In this document: positions 1 through 11,700 of the stretch, piece after piece
Numbering within the stretch: the stretch's first letter is position 1
Layout: the number at the start of each line of letters is the position of its first letter
Assembly (NCBI GenBank): GCA_905178155.1
Contig: CAJINV010000023.1
Span: forward strand, 129,038-170,416
Length of the DNA stretch: 41,379 nt
Origin: Amoebophrya sp. A120
Lineage: Eukaryota; Protista; Dinoflagellata
Direction of reading: 5' to 3'
Program-made: the position numbers and the translations under genes
The notes under the pieces: model-generated
The model's input: the letters and a program-made list of their open reading frames with translations, nothing else
The model's database searches: none
Told to the model about the DNA's origin: nothing

Positions 1-96
1 CTTTTGCTTTTGCTTTTGCTTTTGCTTTTGCTTTTGCTTTTGCTTTTGCTTTTGCTTTTGCTTTTGCTTTTGCTTTTGCTTTTGCTTTTGCTTTTG
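1..96. repeat. (CTTTTG)16 hexanucleotide microsatellite
   Basis: 16 perfect CTTTTG units from the window start, then decaying copies to ~130. Confidence 0.97.
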
Positions 97-159
97 CTTT
101 GCTAGCTTTGCGCTTTGCCAGCTTTGCGCCCCCTAGAAAGCTCTGCGCCCGCTCCCTCG

Positions 160-428
160 TTCCCGCTTAAGGGAGCTCCTTAGGAAGCTCCTTAGGAAGC
201 TCCTAAGGAACCCTTAGGACGCTCCTTAGGAAGCTCTTAAGGAACCCTTAGGGCGCTCCTTAGGAAGCTCCTAAGGAGCCCTTAGGAGCTCCCTTAAGGA
301 CCTAGCCCTTAAGGCGTACCTTCTTAAGCGAAGACGCCTTAAGATAATTTTCCTTAAGGCTTTTCCTTAGCAAGCCCTCTTAAGGGACAACTTCCGTAAG
401 GAAGCTTCCTTAGGAGCTTCCTTAGGAG
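160..428. repeat. Degenerate CCTTAGG/CCTAAGG/CCTTAAGG low-complexity repeat
   Basis: Repeated GCTCCTTAGGAA-like units in both orientations; no CA or TG dinucleotide seen from 146 to 370. Confidence 0.8.
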
Positions 429-1007
429 TGAAAAAACCTTTGCCGCTATTATTATATTACTAGCCCTCCAACGCGGGCGTACAGGGCGCCCGCTGGGCTA
501 GAAGATTTAAAGACTAACAGTACAATACTGGCCGAAAAGGAGCCCGGAAATCTGGACCGGACAAAAAAAAGGGAACGTCGCGCCGCCGTGCATCGCTCCA
601 ACGTCACAGGATCGCAGCACTCAGATCACGAGTCGCTCCCCCTTCTGTGTCTCGAGATTATATCTAGCGCAGGGCTCCTTGATAAACTTTCGCCCTAGGA
701 TGTGTGGTCTTTCAAGATCAGCCTGATCGATGCCGCAGCGCCCTGCTTTGGGTTTGTTTCTTTTCTCTAGGACGTCCGTCCGGGGCAGAGTTTTCATCTA
801 GGACGCCGGTCCTAAGTAAAATCTTAACCAAGGGCGCACAGTTCGGGAGGACAAAACGCAAAACGCCCCCCACAGATCCTGATCCGGTGAGCTCGTCGCT
901 TGAATTTGGAGAGCAGAGGGCATGTCGGGACCTCATAGAAGCCTCAGGCCTGCGCGGAGGCAGGGCTATGATCACGCGACCAACAGGAAACCAGTGCAGT
1001 CTTCCCG

Positions 1008-2505
1008 GAAAATCATGGCGGGCCGGGGAGGTCTCGCCCAGCCATCACTTTTGCCCGACCGGGAAACGGTGGCCGCCCAAAGTGATGGCCGGGGAGCTCT
1101 TGGCCCGCCATTACCTCTGCCCGACCGGAAAGTGATGGCCGGCGGGCTCTTGGCCATGACTTTTGCCCGAACGCAGGTAGGAAAGCGGTAGCCGGGGAGC
1201 CCTTGGCCATCACTTTTGCCCGACCGGGAAGCGATGGCCCAGGAGCCCTTGGCCATCATTTTGCCCAACCGGAAAGCGATGGCCCCAGAGGGGCTCTTGG
1301 CCATCACTTTTGCCCGGCTCGAAAGTATTGGCCAAGCAATGTCCCGACCGGAAAGCGATGGCCCAGGCGGAGCTCCTGCCCTTGGCCATCACTTTTGCTC
1401 GGCCGGAAAATGATGGCCGAAATTGATGGCCAGGGGGCTCGTGGCCATCATTTTTGCCCGACGGACGGGCCGGAAAGCGATGGCCGAGGGGCGCTCGGCC
1501 ATGACTTTTGCCCGTCCGAACGCAAAGCGATGGCCAAGGGGCTCTCGGCCATGACTTTTCTTCGGACGGAAAGTGATGGCCCCGGAGGAGCTCTTGGCCA
1601 TCACTTTTGCCCGTCCGACCGGAAAGGGAAGGCCAAAAGTGACGCATTGCCAGGAAGCTCTTGGCCTTCACAGTGGCCCGACCTCAAAGTGGTGGCCGCG
1701 GACCGGAAAGCGGCGGCCAAGGTGCTGGCCATCACCCTTGCCCGACCGGAAAGCGATGGCCAAAACAAAGCGACCCCTGCCCGGCCGGAAAGTGATGGCC
1801 AGCCCGGGAGCTCTTGGCCACCACCTTTGCCGGGCGGATCCATCCAGGGGAAAGCGATGGCCACGGGGCTCCTGGCCATCATTTTCCGGCCCCCGATGCG
1901 CCCTGCTATGGTCAGGGTATTGCCACGAGGGTCCTCGTGACTGACAGCACACTGGCCATAGCATTCGGCCCGGGCCATGAGATTCGTTATCTCCGAAGCG
2001 AAGCAACCAACTCTGGGCGCGAAGGCTTGGGGGGTCTAGCGGATTTCTAGAATTTCAAGTCCAAGGCTTCGGGCTATGGTTGGCCAGAGATGACGTGTGC
2101 CAGGCCGGGAAATGATGGCCGGGGACCTCTTGGCCACGCGTCATCTTTGCCCGACGGACCCGCCGGAAAGTGATGGCCAGGGTGCTCTCGGCCATCGCTT
2201 GGCCTCACCGGAAAGCGGTGGCTAAGAGTGGTGGCCAAGGGGTCTGTGGCCATCACTTTTGCCCGGGCGAAAAGGGGTGGACAGAAGTGATGGCCAAGGC
2301 GCTCTCGGCCATCACTTTTGCCCGACCGGAAAGCGATGGCCGAGTGAGAGGGCCTTGGCCATCACATTTGCCCGGCCGGAGGGCGGTGCGTGGCTAAAAG
2401 TAATCGCCGCGGTGGTCTTGGCCATCACTTTTGCCCGGGCGAAAAGGGGCGGCCAGTGAGCTCTTGGCCAGCCATCACTTTTGCCATGCCGGAAAGTGAT
2501 GGCCG
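1008..2505. repeat. Tandem array of ~50-60 bp palindromic units (about 24 copies)
   Basis: Consensus GGAAAG(C/T)GATGGCC-[8-20 nt, e.g. GGGGCTCTT]-GGCCATCACTTTTGCCCGACC. AAAGTGATGGCC/GGCCATCACTTT gives a 12-bp stem per unit. Confidence 0.92.
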
Positions 2506-2861
2506 AGGATTGGGGCCTTCTTTCGGGCGGGAAAACAGGGGCACTCGGGCTGGTCGGCGTTTTCTGTATCAGAATCCGCCTGAGGCTGATGCGTGGCTTT
2601 GTTCTGCTCGCGGTGTTTAGATATAGATGCTCACCAGGGCGTGCAGCGTAGGTAAGACGTTGCGCGGCTGTATGGTGTACAGAAGAAGGCGAGGCGCCGA
2701 ATCTGTTACGCGAAGCTTCTGTACAAAAACCGCCGCAGCGCATATGCACTCGCTTAGAAATACTTTGCTAAGTGCCTCCTATAGATTACAGCAAAGGCGG
2801 CAGCAAAAGCCCCGTCGCTATTATTGTGGTTGTAGGGTAAACGCCGGGGCCGGAGTAAACT

Positions 2862-5339
2862 CCGGGGCCGGAGAGGGTGCGGCAGAGGTTGGGGAGAGGT
2901 TTCGTAGAGGTCAGACAGAGGATCGGGGAGGTAAAGTAGAAGGCCAGGTAAGGCGAGAGTCTCGGAGAGAGGTAGGGCGAGAGGATGAGGAGGGGGTAGG
3001 GAGAGGCTGCGCCGTATATCAGCCCGTATAGTGGCGCTGGGCGCACGCAGAGGGTGCGTGGAGGTTGAGTAGAGACCTAGTAGAGGGCAGGGGGAGAGGG
3101 TGCAGAGGGTCGCAGAGGTTCCACAACATAGGCGGACCCCCTAGGCGGCCCTCTGCATGCTCGACGCTCTCCGGGAGCACGCTTCTATTTTACCTCCCGG
3201 CGGACTCTCTCGAACCCTCTTCCCGACCCTCTTCCCGACGCCCTTCCCGACCCTCTTCCCGACGCCCTTCCCGACCCTCTTCCCGACCCTCTTCCCGACC
3301 CTCTTCCCGATCCTCTTCCCGATCCTCTTCCCGACCCTCTTCCCGACCCTCTTCCCGGCCCTCTTCCCGACCCTCTTCCCGACCCTCTTCCCGACCCTCT
3401 TCCCGACCCTCTTCCCGACCCTCTACCCGGATCCTCTACGCTACCGCTTGGGAACCTCTCGCGGACCCCCTCCCGGATTCTCTCCGGGAACCTCTCACCC
3501 CAGGAGCTAGGCCCGTTCTGCTGCACGCGGCACCCCCTCAAGAAGAACAGAGGGCGCACAAGCCGGCAGGCATTGCCTGCCCTCTCTGTCTCAGATCAGG
3601 GCGGCCGTTCAAAGTGCGCGCGCCGCTCTGCGTCCCCCAGAGTGAGGGCGCGCGGCGCCCGGCCTTAACCTGGTCGGCCACCTAGGGCGGCCGCAACTTC
3701 ACACAACGCCCGCGCGTGCGCGGGCAGAGGGTGCGTCGTCCTTGTGGCGTCTTGAGCCTTGGCGCCCAAAAGTAGTCTCCTGCGCGCGATTTCCCACGGC
3801 GCGCAGCTACTGAGGCCGGGCATGCGGCAGCAGGTGGAAGCGCAGGACGCGCCCCGCCCGCGCCGTCTATTAGTAATGCTTACAGGCAGGGCCCTAGAGG
3901 CGCGCCCCTCAGGGTGCCCGCCCATGCCGAATCATGGGCCGGGCTCTTTCTGTCTGACTGGTGGCGAAGCGGCGCGCGGCGATTCACTGCTGGCGCCACC
4001 TTCCCAACCGGAACACCCCCACCGAGCAGCCCCCTCTCCGGCGGCCTTCGCCGGTGGGTTGCTGGTTTGTATATTATAAGTGCACTGAATATGCCGCGCG
4101 GCGCTCGTATTTTATCAATCCACTTCACAGAGCGAGAGTTTTCGTTAGCAATTGTCTTTCTATAATATTAACCAGCCACCCCCCGGCGGAGGCCGCAGGG
4201 GAGGGAGGCTGACTGTTCGGGGGAGGTGTTCCAACGGGGAAGGCAGTGCCAAGGGTGGCGCGCCGCTGCACAGCCAAAAAAGCAGGCGGGGCCGCGCCGG
4301 TCTGACGGGGTTGGCCCAGAAAGCGCAGCGCACACACGCAGCGATACCGCCGCGGCCTGCGTTCTTTGTTTCCGAAAAAAGCAGCGCCCGGGGCCGGAGG
4401 TTGTTGGCCTTTCTTGGTGGGGGAGTTTGTTGCAGGTGTGCACCCTGAACAGGAGGAATGCCGGTGCTAAAAGGTGGCGAGCTGGAATCCTGTTAGGCAG
4501 CGAGCACGCGGCGGGGCCTGCATGTGCTTGCGAAGGCTAATGCGCTATGCTTGCGCTGAGAGACAACGGGCAGAGAAAGACGCTCGCTACTTTGGTCGCA
4601 ACCGCTTGCACGACGCTACAAAGACGCAACACCTGTTGCCCGCGCGCGGGCACTGCGTGAAGTTGCGGCCACCCTAGGTGGCCGCCTACGTTAAGGCGTG
4701 GCGCCGCGCCCCCCCCCCGGGGGACGCAGAGCGGCGCATGCACTTTGAACAGCCGCCCTGGTGTGGTCTGCCCTGGAGTCAAAAAAGAAAAACTTGCAGA
4801 GGAGACCCGAGCTTTTAGGTCCTAGCGTTGTTTATTCTTACTCTAAGACACAGGCACTACGCGCAGGCGGGCGAGCTTCACTGTGCGGGCGGTTCTGGTA
4901 GAGGGTCCGGGAGAGGGTCCCGGAGAGGGTCCGGGAGAGGTTCGGAGAGGGTCTGGGAGAGGTTCGGAGAGGGTCGCGGAGAGGTTCCGGGAGAGGGTCC
5001 AAGAGGTCCCGAGAGGGTCCGCAGAGAGCTAAAGTAGAGGTCCCCGGAGAGGGTCGCTTAGAGGGTCGCCCTATACTGTGGAACCCCTCCGCCCCTCTAC
5101 ACCCTCTCCCCCCACCCTCTACTTGGCCTCTACTCAACCCCTACCCACCCTCTGCGCGCGTATAGCGCCGCTATAAGGGTCCCTATACGGCGCACCCTCT
5201 CCCGACCCTCTCCGTACCCTCTCACCTATACCTCTCCCCGACCCTCTTGCTTTGGTCGACCCTCTACTTTACCTCTCCGACCCTCTGTCTAACCTCTACG
5301 AAACCTCTCCCCAACCTCTACCGTACCCTCTCCGGCCCC
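2862..5339. repeat. Large imperfect inverted repeat (foldback), centre ~4080-4160
   Basis: Reverse-complement matches: 2862-3177 with 5041-5339, 3597-3750 with 4612-4760, 3968-4079 with 4160-4267; the 12-mer tract at 3214-3420 mirrors the GAGAGGGTCCG tract at 4899-5035. Confidence 0.9.
3214..3420. repeat. 12-bp minisatellite (ACCCTCTTCCCG) about 17 copies
   Basis: Near-perfect tandem units inside the left foldback arm. Confidence 0.95.
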
Positions 5340-6459
5340 AAAGTTTGCCTTATGTGAGTATATTAATTCGAAAACTCTGGCGGACGCGGGGGCGCAAGCT
5401 ACTAGCAGGAGTCCTACTATTAGAACGCTGCTAGTAGAAAAATGGCCACTAGTAGAAATCCTGCTAGCTCTTTTAGCGTCACAAAAAGGCGCGACGGGTA
5501 CGAGTGAAAGGCGCCACTAGTGAAGGCGCCCACTAGTGGGGTCACTAGTGACAAAAAGCCCGACTTTCATTTTGGGGAAAGCGAAAACATTGTTGAGAAA
5601 ACCCGCGAACTTGGGAAACTCGCTCGACGGAGGGACCGCGACGCGCGCTGCCCGGCCCCCGGGTGGCCTTCGGACCTGCCTGCCGTGGTCTGGGCCCTTG
5701 GCCTTGGCTTAGATGCCTGGCGGGTCGCGCTTGGCTGCCCCGGGCTGAAGCCGATCTGCATTCTGGCGCCCCTTCCCCTTCCCCCCCTGTTGCGAGGGAT
5801 GTGGCACCAGTTTGCGCCTTTCTCCGCCGCCTGTGGCTCTGCAGGCCGGGCTTGATCGCGTGCGCACTGCCGACCATGGGGGCTCCTCGGGCGCGCCGGG
5901 GCTGCCTGATTTTGCTTTGTTTCCTTGCTTTGGACTGTCGAGCAGCGTGCTTGCGGTTTCTTTGCGGCCCGCCTCCTTCTCCTTTCGCTTCCGAAGTTTT
6001 TTGCCTCGCCCCCGGCAGTGGGTGGGCTTTCACTTGGGCGGCCCTGCCTGCTGTGCTCTATTTTTTTTTTGCCTGGTGCTGGTGCCGCCCGGGTTTCTTG
6101 TCTTTCGGCCGCCGGCGCGCTCTTTTCGTTCTGCTTCGTGTGGCTAGGCCCCCGAGCCTTCGCAAAGGGTCTGCGCACGCTCTCCGCCGGGCCTGCTTGT
6201 GGAGGCTTGGAGAGGGGCCGCGTTGTGCTCCCCTACCGCCCCTCGCGCCTCGTGGCCTTCTCCCTACCTACGCTTCGTTCGCTCCCGCCGACGGGGAAGA
6301 TCGGGGGCGCTGTCGTTTCCTTTTTTCGTTTATCGCACTGATCTGGTAACCAAATGCGTGCGCGCGCGCGCGCAGAGCGCGCGCTCTGCGCGCTTGCGAT
6401 ATTGCTTAGCAAACGCAGCGCGAAGGCAGTTGCCGTTACCATATAGGGCAACCGCCGGG

Positions 6460-7433
6460 NNNNNNNNNNNNNNNNNNNNNNNNNNNNNNNNNNNNNNNNN
6501 NNNNNNNNNNNNNNNNNNNNNNNNNNNNNNNNNNNNNNNNNNNNNNNNNNNNNNNNNNNNNNNNNNNNNNNNNNNNNNNNNNNNNNNNNNNNNNNNNNNN
6601 NNNNNNNNNNNNNNNNNNNNNNNNNNNNNNNNNNNNNNNNNNNNNNNNNNNNNNNNNNNNNNNNNNNNNNNNNNNNNNNNNNNNNNNNNNNNNNNNNNNN
6701 NNNNNNNNNNNNNNNNNNNNNNNNNNNNNNNNNNNNNNNNNNNNNNNNNNNNNNNNNNNNNNNNNNNNNNNNNNNNNNNNNNNNNNNNNNNNNNNNNNNN
6801 NNNNNNNNNNNNNNNNNNNNNNNNNNNNNNNNNNNNNNNNNNNNNNNNNNNNNNNNNNNNNNNNNNNNNNNNNNNNNNNNNNNNNNNNNNNNNNNNNNNN
6901 NNNNNNNNNNNNNNNNNNNNNNNNNNNNNNNNNNNNNNNNNNNNNNNNNNNNNNNNNNNNNNNNNNNNNNNNNNNNNNNNNNNNNNNNNNNNNNNNNNNN
7001 NNNNNNNNNNNNNNNNNNNNNNNNNNNNNNNNNNNNNNNNNNNNNNNNNNNNNNNNNNNNNNNNNNNNNNNNNNNNNNNNNNNNNNNNNNNNNNNNNNNN
7101 NNNNNNNNNNNNNNNNNNNNNNNNNNNNNNNNNNNNNNNNNNNNNNNNNNNNNNNNNNNNNNNNNNNNNNNNNNNNNNNNNNNNNNNNNNNNNNNNNNNN
7201 NNNNNNNNNNNNNNNNNNNNNNNNNNNNNNNNNNNNNNNNNNNNNNNNNNNNNNNNNNNNNNNNNNNNNNNNNNNNNNNNNNNNNNNNNNNNNNNNNNNN
7301 NNNNNNNNNNNNNNNNNNNNNNNNNNNNNNNNNNNNNNNNNNNNNNNNNNNNNNNNNNNNNNNNNNNNNNNNNNNNNNNNNNNNNNNNNNNNNNNNNNNN
7401 NNNNNNNNNNNNNNNNNNNNNNNNNNNNNNNNN
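6460..7433. other. Assembly gap (974 N)
   Basis: Run of N. Confidence 1.
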
Positions 7434-8249
7434 GGCTTTCCGCATACCTTCCGGGCCAGGTGGCCAGTTTGTCACGCAGGGGGCTAGAAAGGATGCCCCG
7501 CTGCGAAATAGCAGACCGGATTTCGCCTTCAATGCTTATCGCAGGAGCCTGCGGGCCGCCGCGGGCGACAGTAGTTGTCCGCGGCCTTTTAGGAGCCGCG
7601 ACCGCAAACTGCGGCCCGCGGCTCAAGAAGAAGAAGTGGGATTCTAATTAAAAGAAATGGCGGCGCGGGCCGCGCTTTCGCCGCGCGGCTGGTTTGGCTT
7701 TCGCGCTGGTTAGATTTTCGCGCACGCATTTGGTTACCAATATCGCCCTCCGGGCGCGATCTTCATATAGTCTGAGCATGCGGAGGCGTTAGCCATTGGC
7801 AGCCTGGCTCTGTTCCCCTCGCTCCCCCGTGCGCCCCCACGTCGCCGGGCCGGCGGGCGCGGAGCGCACGCCCGTTTTAGATACTAACTAGTAGAGCAAA
7901 AACTTTGCGGCTTCGCTGCGATTGGGCATGTTGATGCTCCAATTACTTTCTTATGCGCCACTCAGCGTCATTCGTTTCCATTTCCAATCGTAGACACGTT
8001 TGCAGCCGATGCCCCAATGTCCATGGATGGCGACCTGTATGCTTTGATCAGCCGATTTCACGCTGAAGCAACAATTGCCGCCCACCAAAAATCCGGAGCC
8101 GCTGTGGGTGGCGGGGCGATGGGTTCGACTACGTCGGCTACAGCCACACAGCGCGACGATCTTGAGCGTGCGGTCGCAGAGGAGGAGGAACGATTGAAGC
8201 AAATTCGGGGTATCATCCGCTTAGAGTTTCGCGAAATTTTCACTGACCT

Positions 8250-8478
8250 TATGGGGGCGTCAGGATCGAAATCGACAAAACCGAAAAAAAATATATGGAA
8301 GTCCTTGGCGGGGACCCTCCGGGACCCCTTTCGATTCTGGCACACTCAAGCATACCGTCGCGGCTAGCTCGAAGGGGTCCGAGTGTGTCAGAATCAAAAA
8401 GCGAAAGCCCGGCACCCCTCCAGGGGGCCCCAGGATTTTTTATTCGGTTTTGCGAATTTCGATCCTGGCGCCCCCATA
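8250..8478. mobile_element. Introner K1 (family I), 229 bp
   Basis: TIR TATGGGGGCGTCAGGATCGAAAT / ATTTCGATCCTGGCGCCCCCATA; perfect TSD GACCT; contains the TAG at 8365. Confidence 0.93.
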
Positions 8479-8589
8479 GACCTCATTGACCAGACAACTC
8501 GCGCACTTTTCGAGCTCCATGAAATTTGCAAAGTGTTTCACATGGACATCAAGCCCGCAAATATTCTTTGGGAGGAGGTCTACACAACA

Positions 8590-8879
8590 TACGAAGTCAC
8601 AAAATGCAGTCAAGTCCCTAGGCCGCAGCGCAGCTGCCGCGAGAATGAGAAACACCCGAGAGCGAGTTTTGTGAGGGCTGTCGGGCGTGTGGTGTTCACA
8701 CACGTATGACCTGGCCGCAGGGGTGGCCAAAGGGAGGCACGGTTGCGCGAGTATCATAGAAGCTTCGCAGGGCATCCTCGGCGCCAGTGGTTTTGGTTCT
8801 GCCACCATTGGTCGTCTTCTTGGAGGATATGCATAAGCTAGCTGCGGCCTGGGTCCTGTTTGCATTTTTCCAATTGATA
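8590..8879. mobile_element. Introner K2 (degenerate singleton), 290 bp
   Basis: Degenerate TIR ...AAAATGCA...AGGCCGCAGC / GCTGCGGCCT...TGCATTTT...GATA; TSD not preserved; removing 295 nt joins catalytic-loop and DFG frames. Confidence 0.65.
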
Positions 8880-9949
8880 TCTGCGTCAAAGGAGCCGCCG
8901 GTGGGTCCGAGTATCGTTTTTCTTTTGGCGACTTCGGTTCTTCGTGCATGTACCAGAAGGTGGGAGGCGAAGACGACGAGGACGCGTCTGACTGTAAAAG
9001 CGTCGGCGTGTTGGACGGTGGAACCGCTGAGTACATGGCTCCCGAACATACCGACGTGCGACGCACGGCAGCGAAAATGGCTGAAGAGGGCCGCGGTGCT
9101 TCCGGCGCGAGCATGTCACTTTTGCGAGCAGACTTCTATAGCCTCAGCGTTGCTTTAATCGAAGTCATGTGGAAGCTCTGCAAGCCGCCAGGAATTGATA
9201 AGTCAGATGAGCCTGCTTCTGAAGGCTATCAGCCAGGGTTGCAAGCTACAGGAGACAGATGCGGCATTCTCAAATGTTGCGTGGGCATCTGTTGCGCAGT
9301 TTCTCGAGGCGCTGGGGCACAAACCATCATGGTCGGGCGGGGTCATGCCGTCACCGTCTGCCGCCGCAGCGCCTACAATTGGCCTGCTAACGGCATGGGG
9401 CACAGCAGGGGCGAAAGCGCCCAGGGGCGAAAGGCGCCCAGGGCACTTTATAGGGCCAGGCCAACAGTGCTCCCTTCTCCTTGCTGGCTGCTGCGTTCCA
9501 TTCGCCAGCCTGGGCCTTTGCAAGGGGCAGGGCGCAGCTGGGCCGGTGTAGTCAAGTAACACTCGCACGGCGGACGCCGGCAAGGGGCTCCGCGCCTTCC
9601 TCACTGTCGTCCTGCGCTGCTATTGCTTCGGCGCGCGCACTCGCGCCGCCCCTTAATTCCGCGAGCCCTTTCGGGGCCGTATGTCCCGCGCCCTTCTTCT
9701 TGTTCTTTGCCCCCCCGGCCATGTCTGCGCGGCTCGGCGGGGCGGCTGCAAGCCACAGCCTGTCTGTGCCTGAGACGGGTCCACCCTTCGCCGGCTAGCT
9801 AAGCCGCTTCGGGTCGCTTGGGGTGCTCGCCCCCGCCCCCCCCTCAGGTCCAACGCTTTGGGGCTTGGGATGCAAGTAAATCGCCCCCCCTTCCTGGTTT
9901 CCGACCACTGACGCCGCAGGGCCGCCGGGCTGCCTACCGTTGTGCACCG

Positions 9950-11700
9950 AGACACAGACCCACCCCCTGCCGGCGCCCCGCCTTTTTGATCTATCAGGGC
10001 CGGCGAACGGCACGCGGGAGACAGAGTAGCGCTCCACTAGGTAGGGCCGCGGCCGTTCCGCGCCCGACTTTTCGTAGATTGATGGGGGGCCTTTCGAGTC
10101 AAGGGCGACCGAGGTCGCCACATTTCTTGACAAGGCAGGCACCCCACGCGGGCTTTGCCTTCAGTGGCGGAATATTCCGCCCAACAATGTCCCGCGGCCG
10201 TGCCGTTGGTGTGGTGGGCGTTGCTTGCGGTGCCAATGGAATGGAATCCGAATGGCGTCAAGGTGGGGGCGTGGGTGTCTGCACATGAATCGGCCGCGCG
10301 CGCCTCGTCGTTGGCAAGCGCAATGAAACGGCTAGAAGAATCCGCAGCAAGCCGCCGGGGGTTCTCGGTTGGGAGTCAGCACGCCGCTAGTAGCACACTC
10401 CGAGATATAGGCGACCCCCCATCTAGTCAGGCCGGTCCTTGCCAGGCCCGGCCGTTTTGTTTTCATTCCGCCGGCCGGCTCCGTGCGCTTCCTTCGTTCT
10501 GGTTGTATGTTCGTCTGGTTCTGGTTTGCCGGCGGACACCACAGCTGCGCGCTGTTGGTTCCCCCAAACACCACCCCCCGGGCCTTTTCCTTGCCCTTTG
10601 ATTGTCAGGATTCCAGCGGCCTGGGGCGGCCTTATGGCTTTCCTTGCGCGCCTTGGCTCGGTCCCTAGTGTTGTGGTGGGCGTTCTGGCTCCGGCCGGTC
10701 TTACCTACCGCCGCACTTCTGGCCGCCTCTGCCCTTCGCGTTAGACTTCGGGGGAAGGCCACGGGCGGCGGGGGCACTCGCTGCGGTCTGCTTGCGCCGT
10801 TTGGCTCTCTTGCGTTGGTTTCAAGGCGTTCGCCGCGGGCACTTTGCCAGAGGCAGCACGTTGCCCACCACCAGCGGGGCCCGGCTCCTCATCGTCGTCA
10901 TTTCTCTGGCCTCGTCACCGTTTTTCCGTCTTCTTCTTCGGCCCCTTGCCCTCAATGGCCGGCAAAGTCTTGCCGAACGAAGTACGGAGGGGCCCTCGGT
11001 CTTGTGTGCGCCCTCGCCCCCCTGACCAGTTGCGCGCGCTTCTTCTCGAAGCGGTTCGCCGCCGGCCTCCTGGAGCGAGGGTCGGTTGCCGATGCGTTCG
11101 GGCCCTTCCCCGCAAATGTCGACGGCCTGGCGGAGGGCCGGCGCGAACATCTTGGGCACCTCGCCCAGGATGTGGGTGGCATGCACATCCTCGGCCGGGC
11201 GCCCGGCTTCCGGGGCGTAGACATTGGGCGCAATCTCCGTCAGCTCGTGGACCTGGGCCAGGAACGCCTGCGCACCCTGCGGCTCGCCGCGGTTGCCAAA
11301 GTCAGTGGGTGGACTCGGCCGAGGGTGTCTCGGGTCCGTCGTTGCTGACCATGGGGGGCAACATTGAAACGGCCAGCGCCGCGAATACGCGCGAACAAAT
11401 GCGCAGCGCCCTCGGTGGTGTGGTGCTGGTTGTTGACCCATGTGAACACGGACCCGATGGCGCCCGTCCGCGTGCGCCGCCCATTTCTCCCGGGCCGCGT
11501 TGCTGGCGGTATTGTTCGCCTGCGGAATCCCCGGAGCGCGCGAGGGCCACCGGGAAGACGCTTGCCCCGGCACTCCCGGGGCCCGAGGCGCGCGGGCCAC
11601 CTCGTTCGCGACTGTGTGACACCAGAGGCGCCAGCTCTGCCCGCACGCTGGGCAGTTTGTCCGCCAATTTCGCCGCCGGGCCCATGTTCACTCACAGGCA
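9950..11700 (-). mobile_element. Probable decayed Ty1/copia-type LTR retrotransposon fragment (gag-protease region)
   Basis: Minus-strand frames give AADSCADTH (10271-10297, cf. copia protease DSGA-x-H), then IGTASNAHHTNGTAAG, then in a shifted frame MPALSRNVATSVALDSKG (cf. copia VPxLxxNLLSVxxLxxxG). Upstream helical ORF could be gag. No LTR, RT or integrase recognised; boundaries approximate. Confidence 0.4.

Larger units (their letters stand above)
7888..9559 (+). pseudogene. 5'-truncated divergent Ser/Thr protein kinase, paralogous to 18820-21303, carrying two introners
   Basis: Segments 7888-8249, 8484-8589 and 8885-~9559 join in frame after element removal: MDGDL...FTDL|IDQTTRALFELHEICKVFHMDIKPANIL...YTT|VKGAAGGSEYRFSFGDFG...GTAEYMAPE...RADFYSL. 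TAA at 7885 upstream, no N-lobe visible, possible frameshift near 9195. Confidence 0.75.

Noticed and set aside
1-428. Telomere/subtelomere
   Set aside because: CTTTTG is not the TTTAGGG-type repeat known for dinoflagellates; adjacent TTAGG motifs occur in both orientations and are not tandem.
1008-2505. CRISPR array
   Set aside because: Intervening segments are short and resemble one another, repeats are degenerate, no cas genes, eukaryotic context.
704-7647. ORFs over the array, foldback, minisatellite and N gap
   Set aside because: Products are translations of repeats or N runs with overlapping ORFs on both strands.
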